In this document: positions 9,517 to 19,031 of the stretch, in pieces
Layout: every line of letters starts with the position of its first letter
Position numbering within the stretch: the first letter of the stretch is position 1
Source: Chiloscyllium plagiosum
Taxonomy: Eukaryota
Length of the DNA stretch: 20,000 nt
Direction of reading: 5' to 3'
Assembly (NCBI RefSeq): GCF_004010195.1
Contig: NC_057760.1
Span: 1,779,534 to 1,799,533, forward strand
Notes under the pieces: generated by a model
What the model saw: only the letters and a program-made list of their open reading frames with translations
What the model was told of the DNA's origin: nothing
Databases searched by the model: none
Translations under genes and position numbers: made by a program

Positions 9517-10378
9517 TAGAGTCATAGAGATGTACAGCACGGAAACAGACCCTTCGGTCCAACCCGTCCATGCTGTCCAGATATCCCAATCTAGTCCCAC
9601 CTGCCAGCACCCGGCCCATATCCCTCCAAACCCTTCCTATTCATATACCCATCCAAATGCCTTTTAAATGTTGTAATTGTACCAGCCTCCACCACTTCCT
9701 CTGGCAGCTCATTCCATACACGTACCACCTTCTGTGTGAAAAAGTTGCCCCTTGGGTCCCTTTTATATCTTTCCCCTCTCACCTTAAACCTACAACCTCT
9801 AGTTCTGGATTCCCCCACCCCAGGGAAAAGACTTTGCCTATTTACCCTCTCCATGCCCCCTCATGATTTCATAAACCTGTGGGCGGCACGGTGGCCCAGT
9901 GGTTAGCACTGCTGCCTCACAGCGCCTGTAGACCCGGGTTCAATTCCCGACTCAGGCGACTGACTGTGTGGAGTTTGCACATTCTCCCCGTGTCTGCGTG
10001 GGTTTCCTCCGGGTGCTCCGGTTTCCTCCCACAGTCCAAAGATGTGCGGGTCAGGTGAATTGGCCATGCTAAATTGCCCGTAGTGTTAAGTTAAAGGGGT
10101 AAATGTAGGGGTATGGGTGGGTTGCGCTTCGGCGGGTCGGTGTGGACTTGTTGGGCCGAAGGGCCTGTTTCCACACTGTAAGTAATCTAATCTAATCTAA
10201 TCTATACGGTCACCCCTCAGCCTCCGACACTCCGGGGAAAACAGCCTCAGCCTGTTCAGCCTCTCCCTGTAGCTCAAACCCTCCAACCCTGGCAACATCC
10301 TTGTAAATCTTTTCTGAACCCTTTCAAGGTTCACAACATCTTTCCGATAGGAAGGAGACCAGAATTGCACACAATGTT
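9517..10378 (-). mobile_element. CR1 (HER1-type) LINE 3' end, interrupted by HE1
   Basis: EHCVQFWSPSYRKDVVNLERVQKRFTRMLPG and RGNFFTQKVVRVWNELPEEVVEAGTITTFKRHLD. The tail is at 9517. Confidence 0.95.
9881..10203 (+). mobile_element. HE1-type SINE, full length and young-looking
   Basis: A box TGGCCCAGTGG at 9892-9902, B box GGTTCAATTCC at 9937-9947, V-core, CR1-like 3' end GGGCCGAAGGGCCTGTTTCCACACTGTA, and (TAATC)n tail. CpGs are retained. Confidence 0.95.
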
Positions 10379-10569
10379 CCCTATTGACACAATTATGCAT
10401 TACTTTAGCACTTAGCTCAAAACGTTCATGATATAATCACAGGCCTACTCAAGGACAGTGCCCCGAGTGAGTCATGCTCTGCGTAGCTGAATTAAAACAT
10501 TCTCAAAGTACCGATGAAATAACCACTAATGTGAAGCCACCTGGGGTTTCAAGACTGGAGGTGTTCCGC

Positions 10570-11033
10570 AAAGTGGTCACCCAGTCTGCGATTGGTTTCT
10601 CCAATGTGCATTAGGTGCAGTGAATACCTCGGAGGAGGTACAGGTGAAACGTTGCTTCACCTGGTTCAGGCCCTTGGATGGTGAGCAGCGAGGAGTGGAA
10701 GGGGCAGGTGTTGCACCTTCTATGGTTACAGAGGAAGGTGCAGTGGACAGGGCGGGGATGGTGTCAGTGGTTGTAGAATGAACTGGAGGCAACGATCCCT
10801 GCAAAATGAGGACATTGGTAGTGAGAGCAAGATGTGTTTGGTGATGGAGTTGTCTGAAATGGCAGAGAATGATTCTTTGAACGCAGAGACTGGTGGGACA
10901 GAAAGTGAGGACGAGGGGTACCCGATCACGCTGTTGTCAGCGATGGGGGGGGTTGGCAACGGCGGGAGTACGGGCGATGGGACAGATGCAGTTGAGGGCC
11001 CCGTCAACCAGAGTGGGTGGGAAACCACTTTTT
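10570..11033 (-). mobile_element. Penelope-like element fragment (RT C-terminal region, linker and GIY-YIG start)
   Basis: SGFPPTLVDGALNCI and QVKQRFTCTSS. Colinear with 7395-7615. Confidence 0.85.
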
Positions 11034-11211
11034 ACAAAAAGAATATTAAAACTGTTCATGATTGACATAACACAGCCAGAGCAGGGAAATACAAAGACAA
11101 GTTCAGAATAATTGTCAATGCCGACATTAACTCTCGCACTCCGCACTCTAATCCGAGAAACAGACGAGCTCAGTGAGACTGATGTGGGACAGGAGGCCAT
11201 TCAGCCATAGG

Positions 11212-11505
11212 GTCAGAGAGATGTACAGCACGGAAACACACCCTTCGGTCCAAATCGTCCATGCCCTAACCTAATCCAATCCCATTGGCCAGCACTTGGC
11301 CCATATCCCTCAAAACTCTTCCTATTCATGTCCCCATCCAGGTGCCTTTTAACTGTTGCCATTGTACCAGTGTCCACCACATCCTCGGGCAACTCATTCC
11401 ATACACGCATCACTCTCTGCGTGAAAAGGTTGCCCCTTAGGTCCCTTTTATATCTTTTCCCTCTCACCCTAAACCTATGCCCCTCTAGTTCTGAACTCCC
11501 AAACT
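11212..11505 (-). mobile_element. CR1 LINE 3' fragment
   Basis: RGKRYKRDLRGNLFTQRVMRVWNELPEDVV...KRHLD plus 3' UTR. Confidence 0.9.
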
Positions 11506-11529
11506 CTTTTCAGCAAGCAGCCTACAGAA

Positions 11530-11866
11530 TCAAAGTCAAAACATGTGGTGCTTGGAAAGCACAGCCGGTCGGGCAACATCCAAGGAGCAGGAGAGTCGAC
11601 ATTTCAAGCATAAACTCTTCATCAGGAACGTGTGAAGGGCTTACGCTCCAAACGTCGACTCTCCTGCTCCTCGGATGCTGTGCCTTTCCGACACCACACT
11701 TTTTGACGCTGATTTGGAGATACCAGTGTTGGACTGGGGTGTACAAAGTTAAAAATCATACAACACCAGGTTAGAGTCCAACAGGTTTGACCTGTCGGAC
11801 CATAACCCTTGTGTGATTTTTAACATTTTGATGCTAGTCTCCAGCATGCAGTCCTCACTTTCTCCC
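11530..11866. mobile_element. PLE pseudo-LTR hairpin with a second-family PLE hairpin (11713-11830) nested in its tail
   Basis: Arms 11530-11625 and 11632-11708 are inverted. The tail CTCCAGCAT.GCAGTCCTCACTTTCTCC resumes at about 11839. Confidence 0.7.
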
Positions 11867-12058
11867 TGCGGAATCAGACGAGATAGGAGCTCTCGCTTCC
11901 TTGAGCTGGAGGTATTATCCAAACATGATAGGCCCAAGGTGGAGCAGGGCGAGTGTTAGAGAAGAGGGCAGAGGAGGGGTGTCTGTGCGGTGAATGCTCC
12001 AACCAATGTTTCTCACCTGCACTCCTCACCTCTGTTTCACCCCCTTGTTCCCGAGCAG

Positions 12059-12222
12059 ACAGGGGGAGAACCGAACAGCCCCCGAGCCCTCCAGCTACCT
12101 GAGAACACAGCACGTCCATCCGGAGCGGGGACGCTGCCAGGACGGGTTCACGTCACGAGGACCTGCAGGCCCGGGCGCCTCTGCCGCAATCACCGAGAAT
12201 TCGCTCAGCGGGGATCTGGCAG
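12059..12222 (+). CDS. Internal coding exon C (phase 2-1): QGENRTAPEPSSYLRTQHVHPERGRCQDGFTSRGPAGPGASAAITENSLSGDLA
   Basis: Pyrimidine tract ctcctcacctctgtttcacccccttgttcccgagcag|, donor CAG|GTAATG. CpG-rich unique sequence. Phase matches exons B and D. There is an alternative donor CAG|GTGAGG at 12239. Confidence 0.65.
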
Positions 12223-12624
12223 GTAATGAGCAGCCACAGGTGAGGTGGGCACCGCCATTACTTCACTTTTTAAAATCGGGATTGCTGCCTAACGAGATGG
12301 GACCTATCACAGCTTTCAGTTTGAGAGCCACACTCGTACAAAACCATCAGGTCAGTGCAGCACACAGAGGTGGCCGTTCGGCCCGCAGAATCATTGGATT
12401 GTGACAGTACACAACTCATACTAGGATCTTGGGGCGGCGCAGTGACTCAGCGGTTCTGGTTTCCTCCCACAATCCAAAAATGTGCAGGTTAGGGTGGATT
12501 GGCCATGCTAAATTGTCCCATAGTGCCCAGGGATGTGCAGGTTAGGGTGGATTGGCCATGCTAAATTGTCCTGTAGTGTCCAGGAATGTGCAGGTTAGGA
12601 TGGATTGGCCATGCTAAATTGTCC

Positions 12625-12805
12625 CTAAAAATGTGTTGCTGGAAAAGCGCAGCAGGTCGGGCAGCATCCAAGGAGCAGGAGAATCGACGTTTCAGGCATG
12701 AGCCCTTCTTCAGGGATGCTCCTTGGATGCTGTCCGACCTGCTGCGCTTTTCCAGCAACACATTTTCAGCTCTGATCTCCAGCATCTGCAGACCTCACTT
12801 TCTCC
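12625..12805. mobile_element. Short PLE-derived hairpin insertion with 14-bp flanking duplication
   Basis: ATGCTAAATTGTCC at 12611-12624 and 12806-12819. Inverted arms AAAATGTGTTGCTGGAAAAGCGCAGCAGGTCG / CGACCTGCTGCGCTTTTCCAGCAACACATTTT. Confidence 0.8.
12686..12713 (-). ncRNA. Minimal hammerhead ribozyme core (PLE-type)
   Basis: The minus strand reads CTGAAGA-A-GGGC-TCAT-GCCT-GAAAC-GTC. The core and stem II are intact but stem I is poorly formed. Confidence 0.55.
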
Positions 12806-12913
12806 ATGCTAAATTGTCCTGTAGTACCCAGGGATGTGCAGGTTAGGTGCATTAGTCAGGGGTAAATATCTGATAATAGGACAGGGAAATGGGTCTGGCT
12901 GGGTTAGTCTTCG

Positions 12914-13074
12914 CTGAAAATGTGTTGCTGGAAAAGCGCAGCAGGTCGGGCAGCATCCAGGGAACAGGAGAAACGTCAATTCTCCTGTTCCCTGGATGCT
13001 GCCTGACCTGCTGCGCTTTTCCAGCAACACATTTTCAGCTCTGATCTCCAGCATCTGTAGACCTCACTTTCTCC
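12914..13074. mobile_element. Short PLE-derived hairpin insertion with 15-bp TSD
   Basis: CTGGGTTA(G/C)TCTTCG at 12899-12913 and 13075-13089. It has the same start and end points as 12625-12805. Confidence 0.85.
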
Positions 13075-13098
13075 CTGGGTTACTCTTCGGAGGACCGG

Positions 13099-13849
13099 TG
13101 TTACGACACAAGATAAACCCCTCTGCTAATTTAAACCAGCCACACAGAAAAGATTCACCTCAGGCTATAATCTGTTAAAATTCAAGAGGCAAAGGACTAT
13201 CCCAGAGGTCACTACTTAAAGTAAAAATTTACAACTTTATCCTTTAATTCCAACAGAGAATATTAAAACCAACAACTATTTACAACTTCTTTCTCTTCAA
13301 CCTACTTGTTACCTCCCACTCTATAATACTAGTCTGATAAAAATTCTCAATTAAGATTTACAAAAAAGAATCATGTTTCGAAACCAGGCAGCTTTGCAAA
13401 TTCTCCTTTCTAGATTTTCTCTGTAAATGCTCTCCCTGTCAGCCTCGATGTCCTGCTGCACGTACTCCCCACAGACCGGTATCTTTCAGAGAGCTTTTCA
13501 GCTAGCAGTCTACATTTGTTGGTCCTTGGCAGTTCTCCCCCCAACTGTTCAAAATGTCTGGTTTTATACCCCAATACATCGGATTGTTTTATTGATTTTA
13601 ATATCAGCAAAATACTAAATTCAAATTTGATTGGAGTTTGGTATCTTGGGGCACGGCCAATCTCGGGGCAGAATTTAAACTGATTGGCTGAATTTGAATT
13701 TGCTTTTGTTTCATGGTAACCTATCTGCTGCTATTTGTTTCGATGAGGTGTGACATTGTTGCCTTGTTCAGGACTCTCTGTGCTTTGTCAGTCCTGGCTA
13801 GCTTTTCAACTCGCTTAAAGGTACAGTCCACCTCTACACCTTCATAACA
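13099..13849. mobile_element. Solo LTR (751 bp)
   Basis: Termini TGTTACGA...TCATAACA form an imperfect inverted repeat with TG..CA ends. It interrupts the HE1 3' end, with imperfect 5-bp flanks ACCGG/GCCAG. Confidence 0.75.
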
Positions 13850-14229
13850 GCCAGTGTGAACTCACAAGGCGAAAGGGCCTGTTTCCACAGTGAAGGGATT
13901 CTATGATCTTCAATCACAGCGCAGAAAGAGGACACTCGGACCATTGAATCCGCAGCATCCCAAAATACACACTCACTCACACCACACTCCCTGCAATCCT
14001 GCATTTACTATGGCTAATCCACCGTGCCTGCAAATCCTTGGACACCTTGGTGCAATTTAGCATGGCCGATCTATCTAACCAGAAGGAGGTGATTCACCCC
14101 ATCGTAGCTACACCGGCTCCCAAAAGAGTTACCCCGCTAGTCCCACTCCCGGCCCTATCTCCATAGCATTCTGGATTCATCACATTCAAGTACAGATCCG
14201 GCTCTCTACCTAAACCTTTTTGTTTTGAA

Positions 14230-14492
14230 TCCCTACCGTGTGGCCAGAGGCCATTCAGCCCTTGAAGTCTGCAACACTCTGAAGAGCATCCCACCCAAAC
14301 CCTATCTCAGTAACCTCACATTTCCCATGGCCAATCCACCCTAACCTGCACATCCCTGGGCACTATGGGACAATTTAGCATGGCTAATCCACCCTAACCT
14401 GCACATCTTTGGACTGTGGGAGGAAACTGGAGCACCCACATAGACACGGGGAGAACGTACAAACTCCACACAGACAGTCACCCGAGGCTGGT
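14230..14492 (-). mobile_element. HE1-type SINE, 5'-truncated (further decayed HE1/CR1 tails at about 13915-14220)
   Basis: GGCCATTCAGCCC..., 53-bp unit, GGACTGTGGGAGGAAAC..., AAACTCCACACAGACAGTCACCCGAGG. Confidence 0.8.
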
Positions 14493-14494
14493 AC

Positions 14495-15120
14495 TTCCTG
14501 TGGAATTCACCTCCATCACTCTCCTGGGCAGTGCATTCTGAATCCTAATACTCTTGAGTGAAAACGTTTCTCCTCATTTTGCTTCTAGTTCTCATGCTGA
14601 CACTTTTGAATTTGTGACCCCCAGTTACTGACATATCGAGTGGTACGTGTATGGAATGAGCTGCCAGAGGATGTGGTGGAGGCTGGTACAATTGCAACAT
14701 TTAAAAGGCATTTGGGTGGGTATATGAATAGGAAGGGTTTGGAGGGATATGGGCCGGGTGCTGGCAGGTGGGACTAGATTGGGTTGGGATATCTGGACGG
14801 CATGGACGTGTTGGACCGAGGGTCTGTTTCCGTGCTGTACATCTCTATGACTCGATATCAACTCGTGGATACAGACTGTCCTTCTTTACCCTGTCAAAAT
14901 TGTTCACCATTTTGCACACCTCAATAAGATCACCTCTTAATATTCTCTGCTCTAAGAGCAGAAGCCCCAGTTTCTCTCATCTCTCATTGTGTCTAAAATC
15001 TCTCATGCCTGGTATCATTTTGGTCAATCTCTTTTGAACTCTTTCCAAGGCTTTAATATTCTTCTACAAATAAGGTGCCCAGAACTGCACACAATACTCT
15101 AAATGTGGTCCGACCAATGA
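14495..15120 (-). mobile_element. Old CR1 fragment (minus) with a younger plus-strand CR1 3' end inserted at about 14640-14852
   Basis: The minus strand reads LVGPHLEYCVQFWAPYL. The plus-strand insert runs GTATGGAATGAGCTGCCAGAGG...CATCTCTATGACTC. Confidence 0.75.
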
Positions 15121-15126
15121 TTTGGT

Positions 15127-15428
15127 GGGCGGCACGGTGGTTAGCACTGCTGCCTCGCAGCGCCAGAGACCCGGGTTCAATTCCCGCCTCAGGCGACTGA
15201 CTCTGTGGAGTTTGCACGTTCTCCCCGTGTCTGTGTGGGTTTCCTCCGGGTGCTCCGGTTTCCTCCCACAGTCCAAAGATGTGCAGGTCAGGTGAATTGG
15301 CTATGCTAAATTGCCCGTAGTGTTAGGTAAGGGGTAAATGTAGGGGTATGGGTGGGTTACGCTTCGGCGGGTCGATGTGGACTTGTTGGGCCGAAGGGCC
15401 TGTTTCCACACTGTAAAGTAATCTAATT
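15127..15428 (+). mobile_element. HE1-type SINE
   Basis: Nearly identical to 9881-10203, with a short deletion in the A box. Confidence 0.93.
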
Positions 15429-15924
15429 TGTAGCGTCATTTCCTTGGTTTTTAGATAATCACAATAGGTCCATGTCAGACACCATCTCCCTGGCCCTCCA
15501 CTCATCCTTGGAACATCTGGATAACAAGGGCACCCATATCTGGCTCCTGTTTATTGCCATTAGCTCCGTCTGCAACACTACAATTCCAAGCGAACTCAAC
15601 TACAAACTCCGAGATCTGCGACTCTGCACCACTCCCACCACCCAGCTACAACTGTGTCCTCGACTTCCTGATCCGCAATCAGTAAGGGCAGGTGACATCA
15701 CTTCCTCCAGAATAATCCTCAACACTGGCATCCCTCCAGGCTGCGTGCTCAGCCCTGACTGTACCCCTTATACACTTATGACTTTTTGGCCAATTCCATG
15801 GCTCTAACTCCATTTGCAAATTTGCTGATGACCCCACCACAGTGGGTCAGATCTCAAACAATGATGAGACAGAGTGCGGGAACGCGATAGAGAGCTTAGC
15901 GGTGTGACAGAGAGACAACACTCA

Positions 15925-16250
15925 ATTAGGAGAAAGTGAGGGGTTGCAGGTGCTGGAGGTCAGAGTCGAGAGTGTGGTGCTGGAAAAGCGCAACAGGTCA
16001 GGCACCATCCGGGGAGCAGGACAATCAACATTTCGGACATGAGCTCGACGCTGATCTCCAGTGTCTGCAGTCCTCACTTTCAACTGGTTGATTTTAACCC
16101 TACTGAGGAGCCTCTTCCAAGGACGCCTACCTTGAAGAAGTTCTCCTCTCTCTACAAGGTCCTGATGAAGGGCTTATGCCCCAAGCGTCGATTCTCCTGC
16201 GCCTCGGATGCTGCCTGACCTGCTGTGCTTTTCCAGCGCCACACTCTCAA
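15925..16250. mobile_element. PLE pseudo-LTR inverted insertion within Rex1
   Basis: Minus arm 15928-16047 and plus arm 16161-16250. The plus arm has CTGATGA-A-GGGC-TTAT-GCCC-CAAGC-GTC (GAAA mutated). Confidence 0.75.
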
Positions 16251-16455
16251 CTACAATCTCTCCCTCAATGTCAGCAAAACAAAGGAACTGGTCAGCAGCC
16301 TCAGGAAGCCAAGTGGAGGACACGCCCCTGTCTGAGGTGGAGATGGTCCAGAGCTTCAAGTTCCTAGGATTAAATATCACCAACAATCTGTCCTGTTGCA
16401 TCCACGTCGACACTACAGTTCTGAAAGCACACCAACGCCTCTACTTCCTCAGAAG

Positions 16456-16676
16456 TAGTTGCACCCCCTGAGAAAAAGAACAGGAAATGACGTCACCACA
16501 GGAAATGATGTCACCACAGGAAATGACACCACCAACCAGAGGAAACTCAAACATATAAATAGAAAGCGGGCTACATCACCAGTGCTTCATTCGGAGGCTC
16601 ACTGAAGATGTTATGTAGTATGGTGACGAAACGTCTGAAAACGAACCTTGCAGCTCAGCAAGCAAACATACATCCA
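16456..16676 (+). mobile_element. Third PLE-like terminal-repeat family inserted in Rex1, including about 3 copies of CAGGAAATGACGTCACCA
   Basis: It splits the Rex1 motif YFLR|RLRKF and carries a hammerhead core. Confidence 0.65.
16599..16638 (+). ncRNA. Minimal type I hammerhead ribozyme motif
   Basis: TCA-CTGAAGA-T-GTTAT-gtagtatg-GTGAC-GAAAC-GTC-TGA. Stem I is TCA/TGA, stem II is 5 bp including G-U pairs, and there is a palindromic ACGT with a GUC cleavage triplet at 16633-16635. Confidence 0.65.
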
Positions 16677-16991
16677 GACTGAGGAAATTCAGGGCGTCCG
16701 CAATGACTCTTACCAATTTTCTATGGGCGCACTATAGAAAGCGTCCTTTCCGGATGCATCACAGTTTGGTATGGCAATTGCTGTGCCCAAGATCGCAAGA
16801 AATTACAGAGAGTTGTGAACGCAGCCCAGTCCATCACGAAAGCCCAGCCCTTCCTTCCACTGACTCTATCCATACTTCCCACTGCCTCGGGAAAGCTGTC
16901 ATCAAACACCCCTCCCACCCCGATTATAATCTCTTCCACCTTCTTCCATCAAGCAGAAGATACAAAGATTTGAGAACAGCTTCTTCAGATT

Positions 16992-17110
16992 TCATCAGGA
17001 GCAGCGCTCCAAAAGTTAGTGCTTCCAAATAAATCTGTTGGGCTATAACCTGGTGTTATATGATTTTTAAATTTTGTCCACCTCAGTCCAACATCGGCAC
17101 CTCCACCTCA
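16992..17110 (+). mobile_element. Second-family PLE-like terminal repeat
   Basis: Reverse complement of 5836-5940; GGAGCAGCGCTCC-AAAAGTTAG. Confidence 0.6.
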
Positions 17111-17112
17111 GA

Positions 17113-17790
17113 CTTATTTAGATTAGCTTAGATTCTCTACAGTATGAAAACAGGCCCTTCAGGTTCACACTGAACCTCCGAAGAGTAAACCGCCCAGACC
17201 CATTTCCCTAAACGATATTTACCCCTGACTAATGCACCTAACACTATGGGACAATTTAGCATGGCCACTCCACCCGAACCTGCACATCCCTGGGCACTAC
17301 GGGACAATTTAGCATGGCCAATCCACCCCTAACCTGCACATCCCTGGGCACTACGGGACAATTTAGCATGGCCAATCTCCCCTAACCTGCACATCAGGTT
17401 CACACTGAAACCTCCGAAAGTAAACCGCCCAGACCCATTTCCCTAAACGATATTTACCCCTGACTAATGCACCTAACACTATGGGACAATTTAGCATGGC
17501 CACTCCACCCGAACCTGCACATCCCTGGGCACTACGGGACAATTTAGCATGGCCAATCCACCCTAACCTGCAAATCCCTGGGCACTACGGGACAATTTAG
17601 CATGGCCAATCCACCCTAACCTGCACATCCCTGGGCACTATGGGACAATTTAGCATGGCCAAATGCACACAGACACGGTGGGGGGGGAGAATGTGCAAAC
17701 TCCACAAAGACGTTCGCCCCGAGGCTGGAATCGAACCTGGGCCCCCGGTGCCGTGAGGCAACGGTGCCAACCACTGAGCCACCGTGCCCC
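17113..17790 (-). mobile_element. HE1-type SINE with a 235-bp internal tandem duplication and 53-bp unit repeats
   Basis: AGGTTCACACTGAA.CCTCCGAA recurs at 17161 and 17396. The head ends CACCGTGCCCC at about 17790. Confidence 0.9.
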
Positions 17791-18106
17791 CCCAGTCTTG
17801 TTTCTGTGAGCTCAGCTTTGATTCTTTGAAACTCCATATTCTCGAGCCTCCCCGATCTCACCTCCATAGGGCAATCCCCCTATCCTGGGAACAAACCCCA
17901 CAAGCTCTTTCCAAGGCACTCTTCACTCTCCCTTCATCAAGAAGGTCTTTAGGGTTCCAAGGTACTGGGGGAGAAAGGGTTAACAGGGGACTCGGATGAT
18001 CAGCTATAATCCTATTGAATGGCAGAGAAGGCTGGAAGGCTTAATTCCAGATTTTCATTGAATTCAAATTCTACCGTCGATTCAAACCTGGGTCTCTGGA
18101 TTAATA

Positions 18107-18208
18107 TTCCTGATTCCCCTGCTCCTCGGTCGCTGTCTGACCGGCTGCGCTTTTCCAGCACCACACTTTTCGACTCTGATCTCCAGCATCTGCAGTCCCT
18201 CACTTGCC
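18107..18208 (+). mobile_element. PLE pseudo-LTR 3' fragment with 11-bp TSD
   Basis: CTGGATTAA(T/C)A at 18096-18106 and 18209-18219. The body matches the arms at 12725-12805. Confidence 0.75.
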
Positions 18209-18389
18209 CTGGATTAACAGTCCGGCGATAAAACCACTGGGCCCTTTGTATAATCCCGGTCTTGTTCTTTTTTTCCAAACCTGTGAACTTTGAGCCTTTC
18301 CCCTCTTTACCTTGGATCTCTCACGTTATCTACTTTGATAAACAAAAGTCCCTAGCTATTATCATACTGTAGATTTGGTGATCTTGCTG

Positions 18390-18930
18390 CAGGTGTACAG
18401 GGCTTTGGTGAGGCCACACCTTGAGTGTTGAGCGCAGTTTTGGTCTCCTAGTCCGAGGGAGGACATTCCTGCTGTCGAGGGATTCTGGTGAAGGTTCACC
18501 AGGGCTGATTCCCGGGACGGCAGGACTGACATATGAGGAAAAATTGGATCGAATGGGCTTGTACTCCCTGGAATTTAGAAATATGAGGGGGGGATCTCGT
18601 ACAAACAGATAAAATCCTGAAGGGATTGGACAGGCTGGATGCGGGAAGAATTTTGGGCACTAGGGGGTCACAGTCTCAGAATAAGGGGTAAGCCGTTAAG
18701 GACTGAGATGAGGAAGGATTTCTTCACTCAGAGAGTTGTGAACTTGTGGAATTCTCCCCCACAGGAAGCCGTTGGTGCTAGTTGATTAGATATATTCAAG
18801 AGGGAACTGGACTTGGTCCTTGCAGATAAAGGGATCAACGAGGTAATAGAAAGAAACCGGGGAGTGGGATACTGAGATCATGGTGGTGCAGGGCCAAATG
18901 GTCTACTCCTGCACCTATTTACTGTGTTTC
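18390..18930 (+). mobile_element. CR1 LINE 3' fragment (different subfamily)
   Basis: VYRALVRPHL..QFWSP, LIPGTAGLTYEEKLDRMGLYSLEFRNMRG, MRKDFFTQRVVNLWNS.PQEAV. Tail CTACTCCTGCACCTATT. Confidence 0.85.
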
Positions 18931-19031
18931 CTTGGGATGATAACATAGACTCCGTTTCCACCTACATGAGCATTGTCAGCCTTCACAAAACCCAGGTTAA
19001 AAGAAAGACTTTGCAAACTGTTTCCCGTCAG

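Larger units (their letters stand above)
12431..13910 (+). mobile_element. HE1-type SINE with head deletion, 53-bp unit repeats and three nested insertions
   Basis: Head GGGGCGGCGCAGTGACTCAG at 12431. Body segments resume after each insertion. The 3' end GAAAGGGCCTGTTTCCACAGTG..ATTCTATG is near 13870-13906. Confidence 0.8.
15465..16986 (+). mobile_element. Rex1/Babar-type LINE RT, decayed, in three pieces (about 15465-15921, 16252-16455, 16677-16986)
   Basis: DTISLALHSSLEHLDNK..LLFI..SS..NTTIPS, IILNTGIPPGCVLSP, CKFADD, LSLNVSKTKELV, SFKFLGLNITNNLS, KAHQRLYFLR|RLRKF, TLTNF..WYGNC..DRKKLQRVVN.AQSI. Confidence 0.9.

Noticed and set aside
9881..9955. tRNA gene
   Set aside because: The A and B boxes belong to the tRNA-derived head of an HE1 SINE and continue directly into the SINE body.
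10778..11065. Acidic 95-aa ORF on the + strand
   Set aside because: It is the antisense reading of the Penelope-like fragment.
15472..15807. Host ALKBH8-like or other cellular gene exon
   Set aside because: The peptide is Rex1/Babar RT, interrupted by stops, frameshifts and two insertions. Such sequences are often mis-annotated as host genes.
16162..16189. Active hammerhead ribozyme
   Set aside because: The essential GAAA is mutated to CAAG, so it is kept only as a decayed copy.
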